From assembly GCA_030390025.1 (NCBI GenBank), contig CM059432.1, forward strand, positions 61,568,001-61,632,000: 64,000 nt of DNA, in the 5' to 3' direction. The position numbers and the translations under genes were made by a program. Shown one piece after another: positions 1-11,557 of the stretch. Numbering within the stretch: the first letter of the stretch is position 1; each line of letters opens with the position of its first letter. Source of the stretch: Squalus acanthias (lineage: Eukaryota). A model generated the notes under the pieces. That model was given only the letters and a program-made list of their open reading frames with translations, did no database searches and had not been told where the DNA came from.

Positions 1-2345
1 TCCAGCTGTGGCCTAACTAGCGTTTTGTACAGCTCCATCATAACCTCCCTGCTCTTATATTCTATGCCTCGGCTAATGAAGGCAAGTATCCCATATGCCT
101 TTTTAACCACCTTATTTACCTGTCCTGCTGCCTTCAGGGATCTATGTACATGCAGGCCAAGGTCCCTCTGATCCTCTATCCTTCCTAGGGTCCTACCATT
201 CATTGTGTATTCCCTTGCCTTGTTAGTCCTCCCAAAATGCATCACCTCACACTTTTCAGGGTTAAATTCCATTTGCCACTGTTCTGCCCATCTGACCAAC
301 CCGTCTATATCGTCCTGTAGCCTGAGGCTTCCCTCCTCACTATTTACCACCCCACCAATTTTTGTGTCATCTGCAAACTTACTGATCATACCTCCTACAT
401 TCATATCTAAATCATTAATGTACACTACAAACAGCAAAGGACCTAGCACCGATCCCTGCGGCACACCACTGGACACAGGCTTCCAGTCACAAAAACAACC
501 TTCGACCATCACCCTCTGCCTCCTGCCACTAAGCCAATTTTGGATCCAATGTGCCAAATTGCCCTGGATCCCATGGGCTTTTAACTTCTTGACCAGTCTC
601 CCATGCGGGACTTTGTCAAAAGCCTTACTGAAGTCCATGTAGACCACATCAACTGCACTACCCTCATCCACACACCTAGTCACCCCCTCAAAAAATTCAA
701 TCAGATTGGTCAGACATGATCTCCCCCTGACAAAGCCATGCTGACTATCCTTGATTAATCCTTGCCTCTCCAAGTGGAGACTAATTCTGTCCCTCAGAAT
801 TTTTTCCAATAATTTCCCTACCACTGATGTTAGGCTCACTGGCCTGTAATTCCCTGGTTTATCCCTACTACCCTTCTTGAATAATGGTACTACGTTAGCT
901 GTTCTCCAGTCCTCTGGCACCTCCCCTGTGGCCAGAGAGGTTCTGAAAATTTGTGTCAGAGCCCCTGCAATCTCCTCCCTTGCCTCGCACAGCAACCTGG
1001 GATACATCTCGTCTGGGCCTGGGGATTTATCCACTTTTAAGCCTGCTAAAACCGCTAGTACCTCCTCCCTCTCAATACTAATTTGTTCAAGTATATCACA
1101 ATCCCCCTGCCTGATTTCTATGCCTACATCGTCCTTCTCCATAGTGAACACAGATGCAAAATATTCATTTAAAACCCCACCTACATCTTCTGGCTCTACA
1201 CACAGATTGCCACTTTGGTCCCTAATGGGCCCTACTCTTTCCCTGGTTATCCTCTTGCCCTTAATATACTTATAAAACACCTTGGGATTTTCCTTTATTT
1301 TGCCTGCCAGTGTTATTTCATGCCCCTTCTTCGCTCTCCTAATTTCTTTTTTAAGTACCCCCCTGCACTTTCGATACTCCTCTAGGGCTTCCACTGTTTT
1401 TAGTCCTTTGTATCTGCCAAAAGCCTCCCTTTTTTTCCCTAATCCATTCTCGTATATCCCTTGACATCCAGGGTTCCCTGGGCATGTTGGTCCCACCCTT
1501 GACCTTTACGGGAACATGTTGCCGTTGTACTCTCTCTCTTTCCTTTCTGAAAGACTCCCACTGCTCTGATGTGGATTTTTCTATAAGTAGCTGATCCCAG
1601 TCCACTTTGGCCAGATCCTGCCTTATCGTATTAAAATCGGCCTTCCCCCAATTTAGAATCTTTATCTCCGGTCCATCTTTGTCCTTTTCCATGACTACCT
1701 TAAATCTCCCCGAATTATGGTCACTGTCACCAAAATGCTCTCCTGCTGACACTTCTACCACTTGCCCGACTACATTCCCTAGAATTAGGTCCAGTACCAC
1801 CCCCTCTCTTGTAGGACTTTCTACATGCTGGCTCAAAAAGCTCTCCTGGATGCACTTTAAGAATTCCACATCCTCTAAGCCTTTCACACTCTGACTATCC
1901 CAGTTAATGTTGGGGAAGTTGAAATCCCCTCCTATTATTACCCTATTATTTCTACACTTGTCTGAGATTTGCCTACATATCTGTTCCTCTATCTCCCCCT
2001 GACTGTTTGGGGGCCTAGAGTACACTCCCTTAAAGTGCTTGCCCCCTTTTTGTTTTTAAGTTCTACCCATATGGCCTCATTAGAGGAACCTGCTAAGATA
2101 TCATCCCTCCTTACAGCAGTAATTGACTCCTTGATTAATATTGCGACACCCCCTCCTCTTTTACACCCCCCTCTGTCTTGCCTGCAGATTCTATACCCCG
2201 GAATATTGAGCTGCCAGTCCTGCCCCTCCCTCAACCATGTCTCTGTGATAGCAACAATATCATACTCCCATGTGTTCATCAACACCTTCAATTCATCTGC
2301 CTTACTCGCAAGACTCCTTGCATTAAAATAAATGCCATCCAGCCT
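1..2345 (-). pseudogene. CR1 ORF2 (APE endonuclease + reverse transcriptase), frameshifted
   Basis: The endonuclease is split between ORFs 1989..2426 and 1351..2025. A second shift occurs at the T-run near 1430-1437, and the RT domain continues to the window edge. Confidence 0.9.
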
Positions 2346-2473
2346 TGCCATACTCCTTTGTGCCGTTACATATTTGCTCTGCCTTCCAGGCTGACTTGTT
2401 TTTTCCTCTATTTGGCTGTGCATCACCCCCTACTATAGCTCCACTCCGTATCCCATCCCCCTGCCAAGTTAGT

Positions 2474-3406
2474 TTAAACCCCCCCAACAGTACTAGCAAA
2501 CCTCCCCGCAAGGATGTTGGTCCCGTTCCGGTTCAGGTGCAACCCGTCTGACTTGTACAGGTCCCACCTTCCCCAGAAGCAGACCCAGTGATCCAGGAAA
2601 CTAAAGCCCTCCCTCCTGCACCAACTCTTTAGCCACGCATTCATCTGCTCTATCCTCCTATTCCTATACTCACTAGCACATGGCACCGGGAGTAATCCAG
2701 AGATTACAACCTTTGAGGTCCTGCTTTTTAATCTGCTACCTAGCTCCCTAAATTCTTGTTGCAGGACCTCATCCCTCTTTCTACCCATGTCATTGGTACC
2801 AATGTGAACCACGACCTCTGACTGTTCGCCCTCCTCCTTCAGAATGCCCTGCAGCCGTTCAGTGACATCCTTGACCCTGGCACCAGGGAGGCAACATACC
2901 ATCCTGGAGTCACGTCTGCGGCCACAGAAATGTCTATCTGTTCCCCTTACGATAGAATCCCATATCACTATTGCTCTCCCACTCTTTTTCCTCCCCTCCT
3001 GTGCAGCTGAGCCAGTCGTAGTGCCACGGACTTGGCTCTTGCTGCATTCCCCTGAGAAACCCTCTCCCCCATCAGTATCCAAAACGGAAAATCTGTCGGA
3101 GAGGGAGATGGACCCAGGGGACTTCTGCACTACCTTCCTAGTTCTTTTACTCTGTCTGGTGGTCACCCATTCCCTGTCTGCCTGTGCACTCTTTACCTGC
3201 GGTGTGACCACCTTGTTAAACGTGCTATCCACGAAGATCTCAGCTTCGCGGATGCTCCACAGTGACTCCAGCTCCGAAACGCGGATTTCGAGTAGCTGCA
3301 GCTGGAGACACTTCCTGCACATGTGTTCGCCCTGGACACCTAAAGTGTCCCTGACTTCCAACATAGCACAGGAGGAGCACTCCACGTTGCCGAGCTGCCC
3401 TGCCAT
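2474..3406 (-). CDS. CR1 ORF1 protein: N-terminal zinc finger/leucine zipper plus SGNH esterase-like domain
   Basis: Uninterrupted 310 aa ORF with CSSC...CRKC followed by a Leu-rich heptad. SGNH-type blocks are present: VIWDSIVR (G replaced by W), CLPGA, HIGTND, DGLHLN. Confidence 0.85.
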   Translation of the reverse strand: MAGQLGNVECSSCAMLEVRDTLGVQGEHMCRKCLQLQLLEIRVSELESLWSIREAEIFVDSTFNKVVTPQVKSAQADREWVTTRQSKRTRKVVQKSPGSISLSDRFSVLDTDGGEGFSGECSKSQVRGTTTGSAAQEGRKKSGRAIVIWDSIVRGTDRHFCGRRRDSRMVCCLPGARVKDVTERLQGILKEEGEQSEVVVHIGTNDMGRKRDEVLQQEFRELGSRLKSRTSKVVISGLLPVPCASEYRNRRIEQMNAWLKSWCRREGFSFLDHWVCFWGRWDLYKSDGLHLNRNGTNILAGRFASTVGGV

Positions 3407-3689
3407 GTCCTACCCTTAATTTACTCCCTTTAAATTAAAGAATATTAAATACACTAGGGACCTTACTTCCCTTTAAACACTACTTACTCCAAACTAGAGA
3501 CCTTACTTTTACTTTAATGACTAGAATGTAGAAATACTGTAGAAATACTCACCGCTGGTTCTCTGTCCCCTCTTGTGCAGCTTTTTAGCTCCTGCTCTCC
3601 TGGAAGCTGACAAAGATGGAAAAAGAAAGGAACACCTCCCTCCCCTCACTCCCTCACTCACCAAACTCACAGTTTAACACACTGTTCTG

Positions 3690-3952
3690 ATCTGCACTCC
3701 CCTTTAAGAGGTGCAGACTACCTTTAAGAAGTGCAGGCTAACTTTAATTGGTGTTTGCCTTACACGAACTTGGGTCCCGTGCTGAGCATGCAGCCACTCA
3801 GCAACACGTTCAGCGCTGGGCTGCATGCCACAATCATGTTAATCAGAAGGCAACACAAAGTCGGCATGCTGCCTGCAGTACTTTGCACGGGCGTGGGTTG
3901 ATCCCACATCACGATCCACGTGCCCGTTTTTGGGGGCAATCAGATTTCTAGC
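3690..3952. mobile_element. Terminal (Myb-side) segment of a Harbinger element interrupted by the CR1
   Basis: Colinear with 60790-61032 (cacgaacttggg...cagccactcagca...gggggcaatc) and ends in the degenerate TIR gatttctagctc. Confidence 0.8.
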
Positions 3953-5402
3953 TCGGTATGTTTCACGCTTTCATTTAGATACAGTAGTTGTAAATTATTA
4001 ATTTATAAGGTAATTGGAACATATATTGCTCACCAGTGATAAGCAACGTATGTTATTCAGTTACTAGACTGCAAGGTGAAAGCACTTGTCATTACATCTA
4101 ATGATAATGAGGTTCCTGTTCATCAGTTGCAGTTAATAACTTCACTACCACTACTGTCTAACCCTGTTTCAACAAGTCAACCATATCAACAAATCCTTTT
4201 CTGGGTCCCAGTGGAAATTACTGTCGTGGTTAGTGGAGCTCAAACCTTAGTAAATCAAATCCTTTATGAGAAGAATTACTTTTTTGGTTTTCACGAGTTT
4301 GTAAGAAAGTTTGGTTGTGAATATACCAGAATATAATGTGAAGCATTAATGCCTTGATTTTCAGTTAACTAGCATATCTCTGAACAGTAGTTCTGTAAAT
4401 ATGATACTGATTTCCAATTCCTGTTCTGCCACAACTTGTTTATTCTTTATTATTTGATGTGCTCATTGATTTGAATTAAATCTAATTTATAGTGTCACCT
4501 TTTTTCTTTGTGTGTTTTCTGTGATGTTATTCCATGAAGTTAGTGCATCTTGTGTGATTAAATGCAAATAAAACCATTCGTATTAAAATGTTGAAAGTGA
4601 TAACAGTATTGTGCCTGATTTAATGAAGACTACAGAGATTGCAAATAAGAAAGGAGTTGCCTTTTGTAGTCAAAGGTGAGGAATATCCTTTGTTCCCAGC
4701 TTACTACATTGCCTCAGGCAAAAGACAGTTGGTTTACTTCGAAACACAATTTAAAAGCAGAGTGTCCATTGACACCACTGTGTCAGCCAATGAGTTGGAG
4801 GTAGGGGCAGGACTTACAGCAAACAATCTATTTTACAGCAAACAAAGTCTTTTTGCTCAGCAAATAGAGTCCATTTAAACAGCACACTACAGCAAACAGT
4901 CTACAGAGTCTATTTTAAAAGAGTCTCTGCAAACTAGAGGAAACCGAACTCGGGACCAAAATTGCAGCAACTTCTCCTGATAAAAGCACGGTGATTTCTC
5001 CAGCAAATTGCAATGAGTGGAGGATAATTACATAATGCAAATTATGTGTGTAAAATCAATCCCAGTCACTTACAGCAGGCGTGATTGATGGGGGAATTAT
5101 CCAATCATCTCCATTCTGGCCAGGAATAGTGGTGTCACTATATGCAGTCATTTAAAAGCTAGTTTGGGCTGAGTATGTTTTAAATGTATCACCTGCTGTT
5201 ATTTTCTTAGACATTCAGGCCTGAATTTTGCTCTGATTGATGGATTGGTGGTGGGGTGGGACTTCCGCCCACCCGCATGAGTGCCCTGATAATCCACCGG
5301 TTTTTCCCCAGGTATGCGGGTGGGTTAGGAGTGGTAATACTGCTCCTAATTGGGCTACCACCTGTGGGAGGGAGGTAAATATAGAGGTGCTGGAGTCACA
5401 AT

Positions 5403-6190
5403 GGGGAGAATTTTAACATGGGTGAGCAGTGGAGGATTGGGTGCTGGTCAGGGGTTAAATGGGCAAAAGTTCCGAGCGTGTCGGGAAGCCGGTTCCAACC
5501 TGCCAACTTCTGGGTTTTACTGAGGTGGGACAAGAGGTGGGCAACCAACCCACTCCCAGCAGGCAGGTTGGCATTTTAAATATGTTAATGAGGCTGGAAG
5601 CCTCGGATTTAACCTGCTTTTCAGGTTTTACTGTGGCCGGCCAGGTTTCTGGAGCCTCGGGAAACCCAGCAGCTGCAGCGAGGCGAGAACAGCCTTGGGG
5701 AGAAGGTAAGGGCGAGAACAGCCTTGGGGAGAAGGTAAGGGCCTTCACAGCACTCCTTGTGGGCCAGGAGGAGCAGGAGTGCTTCCTCCGAGTCCCCCAA
5801 GCTCACCCACTATCAGACCATACAAATGCTCCCCAGGGTCGGGGATCAGACCCCCCTTGTAATCGGCCCCCTCCAGGTCAGGGATCGGTCCCCCCAAGGT
5901 CAGAGATCAGACATCACCTGCAATCGGAACCCCCACCTACGGAGTCGGGGATAAGACCCCCCTTTGAGATTGGACCAACCCCCCCTGGGGGTCGGGGATC
6001 AGCTCTACCTGGTTCTGCAGCGTCCTCCGGAGTGCCCCCCACCCCCCTGACTGGAAACCAAGCCTGTCAATCAGGCTGACTTCCAGGTTAAAACTTCACA
6101 GCATGCGGGGAAACCCAGACTTCCGGTTTTCCCATCCGAAACGCCACCGCCCCCCTGCCTACGTAAGTCGCCCCAGTAAATATCCAGCCC
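5403..6190. mobile_element. Harbinger-type MITE
   Basis: Ends are ggggagaatttt and aatatccagccc, with a 3-bp TSD AAT (5400-5402 and 6191-6193). Another MITE start (ggcctgaatttt) lies at ~5218. Confidence 0.7.
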
Positions 6191-6259
6191 AATGTCTGAG
6201 AGCAACAGCCTTGGGGCAGGGGAGGCAGTCAGTACCAGGAAGAGCTTCCTAATTTGCTG

Positions 6260-6880
6260 ATACATTGAGGCTAGTGCATCTGTAGGTCTCATCATCATGG
6301 GATGCATGCGCTCATATGGGTGATAAGTGTTCATGCCACTCACTTTACTTTAACATTGTGTTGGTTTTGAGTCATTGGTGTGGTGGATTGGCGCCTGATG
6401 AAAGCAACTTGACAGCTTCTGGGTATCAACATACAGGATAAGGTGATCAGCATCACATAGCAACTGAATGAAAGCGTTTCCTGTTCATGAAATTGAAGGG
6501 GTTCTCATATAGGGTTCTCAGTGCCATATGCTTTCTATCAATTGCTCCTTGTACCTGTGGGAACCCTGCCTGTCTGTAGCATTAGATAACTCGCTCTCAT
6601 TGTTTATCTGGTTCCATTGAGAAGGAAATGAAATCTGTAGCCCACCTGAAGAAAGCATCAGTGACCTTTCTGCAGCAGTGAGCTGCTGCCTGGCGAATGT
6701 GGCAAAAGCTATCCAATCCTGCCTGGAAGGATCCAGTTGCACAGATATTCAAGGTAGTAGTGACTTTGACTATTACAGACAATGCTGTTCTCCTGGTCGA
6801 ATTGGGCTTCTTTCAAAAGAAGGAGTGGTCGGATAAAAAAAAATCATCTAAATTGCGGGGGTGTATGAACATCCTGAACA
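6260..6880 (-). pseudogene. Old Harbinger transposase relic
   Basis: Translation VKVTTTLNICATGSFQ...AAAHCC..VTDAFF..FISF, then FPQVQGAID in another frame. Multiple frameshifts. Confidence 0.8.
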
Positions 6881-8209
6881 CTCCCCTGTCTGTGCCACTG
6901 TATTCTAGTGCCCAAAAGATGCACAAAATTGAGCAATCATTGAAAAGAATATCCAGGCACATTACAGGATTCAATTTTTGTGTTTGTGAAAATGATTTGA
7001 ATGCAAAGTGAATGATTTATTAGTGTACTAAAGTTGTAAATAGAAGCTATTTATTTCAATTTTTACTTTGGAACGTGTGTCAAGCTGTGAAACATACTGT
7101 CCTGTTGTTTACATTTAAAGTTTGAAAACAAAATCATTGTTTCCAAACCTGCTGTTGGTGAGTGAAACACCAATTATTTACGGAAAGGAAAATTCCAGAA
7201 CATGTAAGGTTGTTTTTTACATATATAAATCTGATAATGTAAACCATTTTGTTATCTTAGGTTTTTATTCCAAAACTGGGACTCTTCTCTCAGATAGATA
7301 ATGTTTTCTGAGATAATTCCCAGAAGTGTTTATGACTGCCATTTACACATTGATTGGTTGCAAGTCCCAATCTCTCCCACCCACTTTCCAAGAGATGCAA
7401 AAATTGCTGACTAAAGTTTGCTGGTTGAACAAGTAAACTTACCTGTTCATTTTACTTACCACAGGTCGAGTCCTCCCAAGGTAGGTGCAGTTATGATGAC
7501 TTATTTATGAGTCTTCCCAACTGCATCTCCAAGATAGGTGGTACTGCTCTCCACAGGACCATCCATTTCAAAGCTCTGAAAATTGTGCCATTGGCCTAAT
7601 GCTGCCCTCACCTCCCTGCTGCAGCCTTTCTACCACCTCTCCCGCCATACCACATTTCCTCACTCCTGTTGCAATCACTTCCTACCACAAAATTTGATTT
7701 GACTTCAAAGGGCTCCCCCACCAGGTGGTAAAAAGCCCACATTTTTCTCGGTTTCCAAGTTCTTCAGTGCTTTTACAATCAATACTAATTTGCAAAGTGC
7801 TCAATAACTTGGAAGCTAGTTCTTCGCAATTGTCAGGAATATGACTTTTAAAACTCCAGAGAGTTGGGCCTTGGTCATTTTGCAGCACACGAGGGAGAAT
7901 TATTCAAAGGGTTTCTCCAGCAGTGGGGAAACTTGCATCTTTTAAAATAAATAATCACCCAAAATCATGTCAATTTTACCTTGTGGCTTTAATGGGACAC
8001 ACCAAGTTATATACAGCAGAAGATTAGCAGCAGAGGATGACTAATACATTATAAAGTATCTGTTTATAATTTGATGATTATATTGTTTAAAATTGTACCT
8101 GAGAAAATAAGTCTTTCTGTTTATTTATTGCCATGCTTGAAATCTGTCTGCAGAATATTTCCAGATTCCAGGGATGCTTTTATTACTAATTAGTAAAATT
8201 TTACTTTTG

Positions 8210-8893
8210 AAAAATATGCAAATAGGAGGCCTAACACCTGTTGCAGGCACGGGCTCTGAACACCTATACTTCGGTCTTTATCATTATGGCGGGTGGCGCA
8301 CTTATGGCACGGAGTGTGCACGTACGCACTATTTGCATATGCAGATGACCTAACGCCTGTTTCAGGAACCCCTTCCCGAAATTGGGCTGCTCCGTATGCA
8401 GCTGCATACGGAACTTCTGCATTTGGGATAACCAAGTCAACATGTTACCTAACTGGCGGTGCTTAAAGGGATTGCTGGAAACCGCCACCAAAAAGGTAAG
8501 TTTAAAAAAAAAATGCTTACCTGAATGTGGAGTCGGGTAGAGCACTCCTGCTCCTCCCGGCTCCAGAGAAGTCCCAAAGATCGGTCTCAGCCCCCACTTG
8601 ACCCCTTCCCAATCGCCCCCCACTCCCAATCACTTCCTCCCTCTCCCCATTGCCTCCCCCTCCCCTGATTGTCCTCACCCCTCCCCTGATTGTTCTCACC
8701 CCTTCCTGGACTGATGCCGGCCACACAGTGGCCCAAAATTTATATGCGCTTTGCCGGCGAGCTGCGTGGGAATGCGCAGCAGGCACCTACAGCTGAGCTG
8801 TCTCATTTAAATGGGGCTTGAGGCCCAATATTGGGTGTGCCTCGGGCCTATCCTTCCGGCACAGAGATCGTTCGCACTATCCAATTTCACCCC
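8210..8893. mobile_element. Harbinger-type MITE (left end unclear)
   Basis: Right TIR ccaatttcacccc. Internal blocks are shared with 23340-23782: the donor/hairpin module and gaggcccaatattgggtgtgcc. Confidence 0.65.
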
Positions 8894-10333
8894 CATAAAA
8901 TCAAGAATGTTTGGAATATTGAAGCACGGTCAAGGCTGTTGGTATTTTAAGCTAAGTCACAGTTCATTGTTTTCCTATTTACTGAAGGGAAAGTTGACCA
9001 ATAACCAGCATGGACAAAAATCAGCCAGTTTGATGTTGTGGTCAAAATTCTTGCCCTTGGTCAAAGTTTATCCTTTGGTATCTCAATTTGCAGAAAATCA
9101 GATACTGGAGGGATCTGTTGAGGTTTCTGTACTAATTAAGTGAATTAGTGGCACAACAGGAATGAGACAAGGTGGTTTTTAAATCCGTCCTTACCCTAGC
9201 TACAGGTGAATAGGGCTTCTCAGATGAATGCATTGGGTTTTGGATATTTAGTCCACGTGCGAGAAGGTCAACTTTTCCTCCTTGTCTGCAGTTGTAATAG
9301 AGACTTTGACAGTGGTTGGTTTCTTTAAAAAGGAGAACACGCTGTGCCCAGACCTATCAGAGATTCTCCCTGAACATAGTGCAGTGGTTCAATTCCATTT
9401 TATTAAGTTCTTAAAGAGCTTAGACAATATGTTATGCAGACTGTCTTCGTCATGTGCACCAAAATCTATAGGGCTATTTTATCTATGAATATTGTTCCAA
9501 GAGTTTTTCCCTGACCTGACCCGACCTGACTGATATGGTCTTGAAGAAGGGGCGGATGGGGCTTCAAAAGGCAAACATTGAGATAATCTTGGCTCACAAG
9601 ATTCCAAGGTAAACCTTAGTTTAATGCTAGAATGGTTCTGCTTTTCAATGTGACAGTACTCAAATACCTTTTAGAACAGAATCAACCTGTGATCAGCAAC
9701 TCCTAGAATTCCTTTCTGTAGGGTTAGATTATTAATACTGCCATGAAATAAATCTATCCAACAATACCATTGAAAATGAGCAAGTTATATGGGAACAGCA
9801 GCCTTAGATGCTTTTCCCTTAGTGGTCTGTTCATACATTGATAGAGTAGTATCCTCTATGTACTCTTTGGAAACCAAGGCCTAGAAATTCGTAGTCTTAC
9901 TGCTGGCCGTTAAGGCCCAATTCTGGAAAAAAAATGGCGGCTGCCGCACTTCCACCTGCTGCTGGTGGGACCCGCGGCGACCACTATTTTCAGCTGGGCA
10001 GCAGCACTGCCAATGTCTGCACTCGCTATCATTATGGAGATTATGCAGATCGTGACATCAGTGAGTGTGCAACGCTCACTTGATGCCCGATCTGTCATTT
10101 TGGAGTGCACCGCTCAGCGTAATGGCCTGTGTTAATTGCGACCAGCTGAGCAAGCGTTGACAAACAGGAAGAAGGCTCCAGAGGAGTGTTATTTAAAGGG
10201 ATCATCAGCAACAACTTGCAGCTGACATGTTTCTTCAGATTAAATGACTCCTAAGGTGACGGAGTGTTGGGGTAAGTGGAGAATGCCTTCATTCTTATTT
10301 AAAGGCTTCTGCTCACAACACTTGCTCACAGTC

Positions 10334-11419
10334 ACGAGGGCTCGACTGGCAGTCCCCCTCATGCTTGAGTATCTTCGGGAGAGGGAGAGGAGGCAGAGAG
10401 GAAGAGGAGAAGCTGCACATAGAGGGAGGAAGAGGAATGCCAGGAGGGCTCTCAACAGGAGGCCTTACGCTTCTAGGGTCTTCTGAGAGCACTTCTCTTA
10501 CATCCACTTAAGCGAGGAGCAGTGTATTAGGAGGCTCCGCTTCAGCAAGGAGGTGGTCACAGAACTCTGCCACCTCCTGCAACCAGACCTGCAGCCTCAG
10601 AGCAGGGCAACCATGGCTCTCCCAGTGGCCCTCAATTTCTTTGCCAGCAGATCCTTCCAATCAGCAGCAGGGGACAAGCTAACATCTCTCAGTTCAACGT
10701 CCTTCGCTGCATCCGGGAGGTCACAGAGGCTCTCTACACCAAGAGAAGAGATTACATTTTCTTCTTTCTGAGCAGAGAGAAGCAGGAAGATCACACATGT
10801 GGCTTTGCCAGGATAGCGGGTTTCCCCATGGTGCAGGGTGACATGGAATGCACCAACGTGGCTTTGCGGGTGCCACATAACAAACCCGAGATCTTCCATA
10901 ACCGCAAAGGCTGCCACTCACATAATGTGCAGTTGTTGTGCAATCACACCAGGCACATCCTGATGGACAATGCCTGCTATCCTGGCTGCAGTCATGATGC
11001 CTTCATCCTGCATCAGTCCGGTGTGCCAGCAATCTTCCAGCCACCACCCAACTAGCTGCTCGGAGACAAGGGGTGTCCGCTCTGCACCTGGCTGCTGACC
11101 CCCCTCCACAACCCCAACAATTGTGCACTCATATAATGAGAGCCATGTTGCCACCAGGAACATCATCGAGCAGACCATCGAGCTGCTGAAGCAATGGTTC
11201 CGCTGCCTTGACCATGCGGGAGGATCCCTCCAGTACTCGGTGGAGCAGGTGTCCCATTTCGTTGTGGTCTGCTGCAACTTAGCCATCATGAGGACGCATC
11301 CCTTACCAGCAGGAATTGCGGGACCACCTCCGGGAGAGGAGGAGGAGGAGGAAGGGAGGAGGCAGGCAGCAAATCCCCTTTCGGCACGGACTGTCCTTGA
11401 ACGCCTCATCAGACTCTGA
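10334..11419 (+). pseudogene. HARBI1-type DDE transposase of element A, disrupted
   Basis: Fragments RRPY..RVF, ALNFFASRSFQ, NRKGCHSHNVQLLC, YPGCSHDAFIL, GDKG and YNESHVATRNIIEQTI occur in different frames with stops. Confidence 0.9.
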
Positions 11420-11557
11420 TTCCAGTGAATGAAATCCCAGATCCCGTTGCTCACCACATCCTCATCAACTAGATCACCATCATACCAATCCTCTGTCACG
11501 GAATATCACAGCGTCATCCTGGGCACAAAGCTGAAATGAGAGCCACCACAAAACCAA

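Larger units (their letters stand above)
1..3690 (-). mobile_element. CR1-clade LINE with 5' UTR, ORF1 and ORF2; runs off the left edge of the window
   Basis: Minus strand carries ORF1 (2474-3406), then the APE endonuclease (YFNARSL...AITETWL, GDFNFP, SDH) and RT motifs (GVPQGSVLGP, KFADDTK) near 360-470. Confidence 0.95.

Noticed and set aside
205..3419. Plus-strand ORFs (205..642, 877..1275, 2844..3419 and others)
   Set aside because: They are antisense shadows of CR1 coding sequence.
8320..8328. ACGTACGCA, similar to the subterminal Myb-binding motif recalled for Harbinger3_DR
   Set aside because: A single imperfect match, not repeated at the ends of elements A-D.
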